A stretch of DNA of 64,000 nucleotides from Patescibacteria group bacterium (GTDB taxonomy: Bacteria; Patescibacteriota; JABMPQ01), in NCBI GenBank assembly GCA_041749335.1, contig JBGTBM010000009.1:179-64178 (forward strand). Reading direction: 5' to 3'. The position numbers and the translations under genes are program-made. Position 1 is the stretch's first letter; each line of letters opens with the position of its first letter. Positions 58,012 to 64,000 of the stretch are shown here, in pieces. Under the pieces are notes generated by a model. It was not told the origin of the DNA. It searched no databases and saw nothing but the letters and a program-made list of their open reading frames with translations.

Positions 58012-59427
58012 CTATGGTCGTACAAAAACTTTATCCCCAACCATTGTCCAATTATATAACCAAGCTGCATTTTGTACAGATACATTAATACATCCATGGC
58101 TCATTGGATGGCCGAAATTATTATGCCAAAAAGCTCCATGCAAAGAATAGGGACCGTTAAAATACATTACGTAAGGAACATTTGGAATATCATAATTATC
58201 CGGATGATTTTCGCCATAATCCCCCGTCATGCGATCCTCGGCTAAACGAAGCCAGATACTAAAATCTCCCACGGGCGAAGGATATTTACTGATGCCCGAT
58301 GATATTAAAAATTCATTTACTTTTCTACCGCCCTTATAGGCTTGTAGTTTCTGTTCGGATAAGTCAACTTCAATATATTTATAGATATCCCGGCCTTCCC
58401 AAATTCTTCGTCCCGGCACGGTAACAATTTCGGTAGCGCTGCTTTGATCGACATTGCCAATAGCCACTTTTACACCACCCCTAAAATCATCTTCGTATGG
58501 CCGTAAATCCAAAGCTTTAACCGCCCCATAAGCCTCAAATGTCCGTACATGCGGCGCGTAGCCATTGCTGCCAACTATTACCTCGGCTTCTCCATCGCGA
58601 TCAATATCACCAGAAGCAACATTAACCCCTTCCCGGTATGATTCAGAAAAAGCTAAAAAATCACCCAAAATTCTTTTACTGGCATCGCCCTTATAGACCT
58701 TGACTTGCGCGGTGCCAAAGTAATTTTTCGCCGCAATTATCTCTGATTCACGCCCGCCGTCAACATTTCCGCACGCGACATCTACGCCTCCCCGATGACC
58801 CTCTTCAAATGGGAACAGGCTCAATCCCATAAATTCGCCTTTGCCGTTAAAGCCTCTGACATGGGCTGTAGAATTCATGCCTGATCCGGTTATAATTTCT
58901 GCCTTGCCGTCTCCATTAATATCGCAAGCAGCTACTCTGGCTCCGCCTTCAAAATTTGAATCATAGGCGATAAATTCCGCTAAAACTTTCTTTTCCGCAT
59001 TTACCTGATACGCCTTTACCCATGCTTGACCGTCTCCAAACTGGGAAATAATTAATTCATCTTTCTTATCACCATTGATATCGCCGCAAGCCACATCAAC
59101 TCCGCCGCGGAAATCCGGATGAAACGGAAAGAAGCTAAACCCGGTAAAATTGCCTAAATTATCAAACATCCTGACATGCGGTCCGCCGCCGGCTCCCGCA
59201 CCCACAAAAATTTCATCCACGCCATCATTGTTGGTATCGCAAACGGCAATATTGCCTCCGCCCTTAAACGCTTCGTCATAAGCTAAAAAGCTTTTATCTA
59301 AATGTTTATTATCGGTATTAAAAATCTTTACTTCCGGCGCTCGGTATTCCGCGGCGTCCGCAATATTTAATAGCAAAAAAGCTGCCATAAAAATTACGCC
59401 AAAAACTAGGATATTTTTTATCTTCAT
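58012..59427 (-). CDS. Secreted L,D-transpeptidase (YkuD) with six N-terminal FG-GAP-like repeats
   Basis: Signal peptide ending ADA-A, six F.(A/P)(Y/F)...F.GG..VA.GD..GD...EI repeats, IEVDLSEQ, HGAFWH...SHGCIN. Confidence 0.9.
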   Translation of the reverse strand: MKIKNILVFGVIFMAAFLLLNIADAAEYRAPEVKIFNTDNKHLDKSFLAYDEAFKGGGNIAVCDTNNDGVDEIFVGAGAGGGPHVRMFDNLGNFTGFSFFPFHPDFRGGVDVACGDINGDKKDELIISQFGDGQAWVKAYQVNAEKKVLAEFIAYDSNFEGGARVAACDINGDGKAEIITGSGMNSTAHVRGFNGKGEFMGLSLFPFEEGHRGGVDVACGNVDGGRESEIIAAKNYFGTAQVKVYKGDASKRILGDFLAFSESYREGVNVASGDIDRDGEAEVIVGSNGYAPHVRTFEAYGAVKALDLRPYEDDFRGGVKVAIGNVDQSSATEIVTVPGRRIWEGRDIYKYIEVDLSEQKLQAYKGGRKVNEFLISSGISKYPSPVGDFSIWLRLAEDRMTGDYGENHPDNYDIPNVPYVMYFNGPYSLHGAFWHNNFGHPMSHGCINVSVQNAAWLYNWTMVGDKVFVRP

Positions 59428-59617
59428 ACTTTTATTTAATTTTTCGTTACTTTTAATATAACAACTTTTTTAGGTTGTAACAAGAATAAATTTAATTTTT
59501 AATTTTATAATTATTTGATTTTTAAGAACGTGTTTGATAAATTTAAACTGAATATCTAATTATTCATCAAAACAATTATCTTTATAATATTTAATAATAT
59601 AATAAATAACTAAAAAC

Positions 59618-60094
59618 ATGAAAAAGGCTGTAACAATTACTATGTTTATTGGATTAGTATTATTATTTACCGGTTGCTCCTTCCTAAATGAAGAGACAAC
59701 CAATCAAAATATTAATGACAATACGGCAACAAATCAAACAATAGATCAAGAAGTAAAAAATAATAATTTTATATCAAGTAGTAATAATTTTACTTTCTCA
59801 TATAAAAATGACTGGACTTGTAAGGAAGTTGTTAATAATAAAAGAGTAGATTGCTATCCTAGTTCCAGACAAAACGAAGAATATGATGCTGGGTTAGATC
59901 AACGCACTGTTTATTATCCCAATATTAGTATTTGGATAAATAACTGTTCAGCAACTTCACAAGATTTATTTGAAGAGAATCCCGATATGCCCATATTACA
60001 ATTTATTAAGAGCTATTCTAACTGTACGGTTTTAGTAACATCTACTGACGAAACCATTAAAGATGAAGATGATATAAATAAGATTATTTTTTAA
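59618..60094 (+). CDS. Hypothetical lipoprotein
   Basis: MKK + hydrophobic core + FTGC lipobox, Asn/Thr-rich linker, FTFSYKNDW. Confidence 0.75.
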   Translation: MKKAVTITMFIGLVLLFTGCSFLNEETTNQNINDNTATNQTIDQEVKNNNFISSSNNFTFSYKNDWTCKEVVNNKRVDCYPSSRQNEEYDAGLDQRTVYYPNISIWINNCSATSQDLFEENPDMPILQFIKSYSNCTVLVTSTDETIKDEDDINKIIF

Positions 60095-60208
60095 GTTTTT
60101 CTGTAATATTAAATTATATTATTGAATATAATTTTCTAATAATAATCTCCGGTCTTAGGCTATATAAATTATGGATATATTTTATCTAAATTTATTGTAA
60201 ATAAAACT

Positions 60209-60236
60209 AAAACCAGCAAATAATGCTGTTTTTTTT
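60209..60236 (+). terminator. Possible terminator between convergent genes
   Basis: CAGCA-5 nt loop-TGCTG plus a T8 run. Confidence 0.4.
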
Positions 60237-60255
60237 ATTAATATTATATTTCATT

Positions 60256-61989
60256 TTAATACCTAATCGCCTCAATCATCGCCGAAAGATTCTTTTCCCA
60301 GTCATTTGAGACTCCATCAGACAATTCAACTGTCAAAGCCGGAATGCGAAAATACTGACTGGCCCAAGAAGATAGATCACCTGATATCGGATAATGCGTC
60401 CAGACATAGCTCTCCTCTGCATCATTATAATGAGAAAATTGATTATAAAATTTGGCGAATTCAAACGACGGCGGATATAAAGCGCCTGGCACTATTTCAG
60501 AAGCAAAAATTTGATCCGCAGCAGAATGATAAGATATTAATTTTTCTACTCTTTCCTTCTCCAAATATTTTTTTAAAGCTTGATTCTCTACTTCACTAAA
60601 AGGATAAGGGCCGCCTGAAACTTGTCTGCTCCAAAGATATCCGATACTGCTCCAATTATTGGTGGCAAAATTTCTATTTAAATCCACGCCATTGGCATTA
60701 TATCTGCTATTACCGCAATATCCGTCCGGATTGTGCATGGGAATAATAATTACTTGATAGCCAAAAGGTATTTTGTCCAAATTATTCTCAATATAAAATT
60801 TCCATCTATTCATTAAAGTAACGGCATTGGCTTCGCTTCCGGCATGCGTTCCCCCAACATAAATAATTTTTTTATAGCCATCGCCGTAAATATAAGATTC
60901 AATGGGCCGATTTTGTACCGAATAACCAATTACTTCCCTAAATTTCAATCGGCGCGACAAAGGCGCGGCAATGATTTCTACTTGATTATCTTTATCAACA
61001 TTGCCCAATATTACAGTAAAGCCCCCGCGAAATTCTTGATCATAGATTTGATAGCTATTAATAATCGGATTGCCGTTTTTATCCAAAATCCGAATAAAGG
61101 GGCTGCCATTGCAATTAGGAACGGTAATTATTTCACTAAACCCGTCATGGTTATAATCCCCGGCTGATATATTTACTCCTCCCTGATAAGCTTCAGCGTA
61201 GGCAATAAAATCACTGATAATTTCATTATTATCCCGATAGATTTTTATTCGGGAAGTAGCAAATTTATTCGCCGCCAGAATGATTTCTTCTTTTTTATCT
61301 CCGATAACATTAGCGACTGTGACATCCACCCCGCCCCGATAATCCGCCGGAAACGGAAAAAAATTTATTCCCATGGAGTTGCCAGCTTTATCAAATGACA
61401 AAACATGGGGACCCCCGCCAACGCCCGCTCCGGTCAAAATTTCACCAATCTCGTCTCCATTAATATCACCGATTGCTACATGAGCTCCGCCTTCAAAATT
61501 TTCATTGTAGGCTAGAAACTGGGAAATTAAATATTCCCGGTTATTTTTTATTTTATATACTTTGATCCAAGCCTGCCCCAATGATTTTTGACTGACCGCA
61601 ATCTCTTGATACTGGTCTTGATCTAAATTTCCGCAAGCGATATCAATCCCGCCATGAAAGTCGGGATGAAAAGCAAAAAATTCATATTTAACTTCTCCGC
61701 TTTGGTCAAAGATTCGGATATGCGGACCGCCGCCAACCCCCGCTCCGGTAATTATTTCATCAACGCCATCCTGATTAAAATCGCAGGCGGCAATATTTAC
61801 TCCTCCGCGAAAATCTTGGCCATAAGCTAAAAAACCGGATTGCTTTTGTAAATTTTCAGAATCAATAATTTGAACATCAGGCGAAGTTTCGTAATAAATC
61901 TGGGCGCTAGTCTGATGAAAGAAAAAACTAAAAGTAAATATAAAAAAAATACCGATTATTAATTTTAAATATTTATAATACTGAATCAT
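60256..61989 (-). CDS. Secreted M14 zinc peptidase (MpaA-like) with six N-terminal FG-GAP-like repeats
   Basis: Signal/TM and six repeats, then GYSVQNRPI, GGTHAGSE, NPDG, RYNANGVDLNRNF, SYHS, LTVEL. Confidence 0.88.
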   Translation of the reverse strand: MIQYYKYLKLIIGIFFIFTFSFFFHQTSAQIYYETSPDVQIIDSENLQKQSGFLAYGQDFRGGVNIAACDFNQDGVDEIITGAGVGGGPHIRIFDQSGEVKYEFFAFHPDFHGGIDIACGNLDQDQYQEIAVSQKSLGQAWIKVYKIKNNREYLISQFLAYNENFEGGAHVAIGDINGDEIGEILTGAGVGGGPHVLSFDKAGNSMGINFFPFPADYRGGVDVTVANVIGDKKEEIILAANKFATSRIKIYRDNNEIISDFIAYAEAYQGGVNISAGDYNHDGFSEIITVPNCNGSPFIRILDKNGNPIINSYQIYDQEFRGGFTVILGNVDKDNQVEIIAAPLSRRLKFREVIGYSVQNRPIESYIYGDGYKKIIYVGGTHAGSEANAVTLMNRWKFYIENNLDKIPFGYQVIIIPMHNPDGYCGNSRYNANGVDLNRNFATNNWSSIGYLWSRQVSGGPYPFSEVENQALKKYLEKERVEKLISYHSAADQIFASEIVPGALYPPSFEFAKFYNQFSHYNDAEESYVWTHYPISGDLSSWASQYFRIPALTVELSDGVSNDWEKNLSAMIEAIRY

Positions 61990-62026
61990 TTGTTTTTATA
62001 ATCTTGTGTTTTGATGTTTTTATGAT

Positions 62027-64000
62027 TTACTTCCCACAGCACTTCTTATATTTTTTGCCTGAACCGCACGGACACGGATCATTACGATTAATTTTATTAG
62101 TGATAATTTTATCCGAACCTGATGATTTGCCTGAAATATTAGTTTGCATTTTTTCTCTTGATTGTTCTATTTCCGTTTTGGCCGGCTGGCTTAATGCGAC
62201 TTTATAAATTGTATAAACAATCTGCTTTTGAATTGAATCAAGCAGTCCCTGAAACATAAAAAAACTTTCTTTTTTATATTCAACCAAGGGATCTTTTTGC
62301 CCATAACCTCTCAAGCCAATACTGGTACGTAAATGAGACATTCCATCCAGATGCCTCATCCATAAGGAATCAATCGCTTTCAGCATCACAATCCGCTCAA
62401 CTTGCCTCATATTATTAGCATTAATTTCCTGCTCTTTGAGCTGATAATATTTTTGCGCTTGGCTGAATAAATATTTTATAATCTTGGTTTTCATTTCAGG
62501 ATCCTTGCCATCATCTAACCCTTCCTTAACTATTCTTCTTAATTCACCGCTAATATCTTCGGCGGGTGAAAATATTGAAGACGTGGATTCGACTATTTCT
62601 TCAATATTCCAATCATTTTTATTTTCTGAAGCGGTATGATTAGATACAATTTTTTCAATTTCATTTTCAATTAACTCATAAATCATATTTGTAAGGCTCT
62701 TAACCTTATATTTTTCTTTTTGACCCAGCGCTCTTAACAATTCATTCTCCCAAGACTTGAGAATATTATTGCGGCGCTTATAAATCACTTCACGATGTTT
62801 ATTCATAACATCGTCATATTCCAGTACATGCTTGCGGATATCAAAATTGTTGCCCTCGACTTTTTTCTGAGCGGATTCAATCGATCGAGAAATCATGCGA
62901 TGCTGGATTGGCTGATCTTCCGGAATTCTGAGCGCTTCCATCATCATTTTCATTTTATCGGAACCGAACAGCCTCATTAAATCGTCTTCCATGGAAACAT
63001 AAAATTGTGTAGTGCCCGGATCTCCCTGCCGGCCTGATCTGCCACGCAGCTGATTATCAATCCGCCTCGCTTCATGTCGTTCGGTTCCAATAACCAGCAA
63101 GCCTCCGGCCTTTTTCACTTCTTCCGCTTCAGCCTGATTGCAAGGATTACCCCCCAAAATAATATCCACTCCGCGGCCAGCCATGTTGGTGGCTACAGTT
63201 ACCGCTCCCTTCTTTCCGGCCTGCGCAATGATTTCACCTTCTTTTTCATGATTTTTAGCATTTAAAACATTGTGTTTAATTCCTGCTCGAGCGAACATAC
63301 CGCTTAAAAGCTCATTCTTTTCAATTGATACCGTTCCAATTAATATCGGCTGACCGGCCGCAGTTCTTTCTTTCACAATATTAACGATAGCATTGTATTT
63401 TCCAATTTCATTCTTGTATATATTATCATTCAAATCCTGCCTAACCATATTTTTATTGGTAGGAACAATCACCACATCCAATTTATATACTTTAGAAAAT
63501 TCTTCGGCAGAAGTTGCGGCAGTTCCCGTCATGCCGCCCAATTTGCCATACATGCGAAAATAATTTTGAAAAGTTATTGTAGCCAATGTCTTACTTTCTC
63601 TTTGTATTTCTACTCCTTCTTTTGCCTCTATCGCCTGATGTAAACCTTCTGAATATCGCCTACCCGGCATCAATCTTCCGGTAAATTCATCAACAATTAT
63701 TACTTCATCGCCCTTGACCACATAATCACGATCGCGCAGAAATAAAGTATGAGCTTTCAAAGCCTGTTCAATATGATGCACTGTCTCTATTCCCCGCTCT
63801 TCATAAATATTTTTAACTCCCAGGATTTTTTCCAAATTGGCTATACCCTTTTCGGTTAATGTCGTCGCTTTTAATTTCTCGTCCACATTAAAATCCACAT
63901 TCTCTTTAAGTTTAGGAACTATTTGCGCGAATGATTTATATTTATCAGTCGATTCCTCGGCCGGTGCAGAAATAATCAGCGGAGTCCTAGCTTCATCGAT
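62027..64000 (-). CDS. secA: Preprotein translocase ATPase SecA (5' part outside the window)
   Basis: Frame is open from base 64000: IDEARTPLIIS, GMTGTA, ATNMAGRG, QLRGRSGRQGDPG and C-terminal RNDPCPCGSGKKYKKCCG. Confidence 0.98.
   Translation of the reverse strand: MDEARTPLIISAPAEESTDKYKSFAQIVPKLKENVDFNVDEKLKATTLTEKGIANLEKILGVKNIYEERGIETVHHIEQALKAHTLFLRDRDYVVKGDEVIIVDEFTGRLMPGRRYSEGLHQAIEAKEGVEIQRESKTLATITFQNYFRMYGKLGGMTGTAATSAEEFSKVYKLDVVIVPTNKNMVRQDLNDNIYKNEIGKYNAIVNIVKERTAAGQPILIGTVSIEKNELLSGMFARAGIKHNVLNAKNHEKEGEIIAQAGKKGAVTVATNMAGRGVDIILGGNPCNQAEAEEVKKAGGLLVIGTERHEARRIDNQLRGRSGRQGDPGTTQFYVSMEDDLMRLFGSDKMKMMMEALRIPEDQPIQHRMISRSIESAQKKVEGNNFDIRKHVLEYDDVMNKHREVIYKRRNNILKSWENELLRALGQKEKYKVKSLTNMIYELIENEIEKIVSNHTASENKNDWNIEEIVESTSSIFSPAEDISGELRRIVKEGLDDGKDPEMKTKIIKYLFSQAQKYYQLKEQEINANNMRQVERIVMLKAIDSLWMRHLDGMSHLRTSIGLRGYGQKDPLVEYKKESFFMFQGLLDSIQKQIVYTIYKVALSQPAKTEIEQSREKMQTNISGKSSGSDKIITNKINRNDPCPCGSGKKYKKCCGK

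Noticed and set aside
4772-63265. Short antisense or out-of-frame ORFs inside valS, pyrG, ctpA, GTs, ugd, metK, aspS, secD and secA
   Set aside because: They are shadows of well-supported genes and carry no motifs or translation signals.

Overview
AT-rich bacterial chromosome segment, most consistent with a Patescibacteria/CPR (Parcubacteria-like) genome. This is an inference from the compact operons, ATGA-type overlaps, lack of Shine-Dalgarno sites on housekeeping genes, archaeal-type ValRS and DUF4012. The standard genetic code is used. From left to right: (1) the end of a Ser/Thr/Gly-rich surface protein with an IPELP-TM-basic sorting tail; (2) an intergenic cluster of several REP-like palindrome families and a dif-like Xer site; (3) a pentapeptide-repeat gene; (4) housekeeping genes (iscU, iscS, valS, rpmA, pyrG, rplI, acyP, ctpA); (5) a ~42 kb surface-glycan locus (11.2-53.3 kb); (6) ybaK, aspS, secF, secD; (7) two exported peptidoglycan enzymes (an L,D-transpeptidase and an M14 peptidase) that share a blade-for-blade paralogous six-repeat FG-GAP-like propeller; (8) secA, partial. 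The glycan locus holds DUF4012, a WaaL-like protein, 13 GT2/GT4 enzymes, 3 GT-C membrane transferases, 2 flippases, a sulfotransferase, methyltransferases, an FrhB-pyruvyltransferase fusion and ugd-metK-gmd-rmd-galE-rmlA-rmlD. Its very AT-rich core shows decay (flippase remnant, frameshifted methyltransferase, nonsense-split CapK-like ligase), and a GC-richer, myxobacterial-style Cys-rich lipoprotein gene with its own promoter and terminator sits inside it. No rRNA, tRNA, CRISPR array or transposase was recognised. All calls come from motif reading; no database searches were run.
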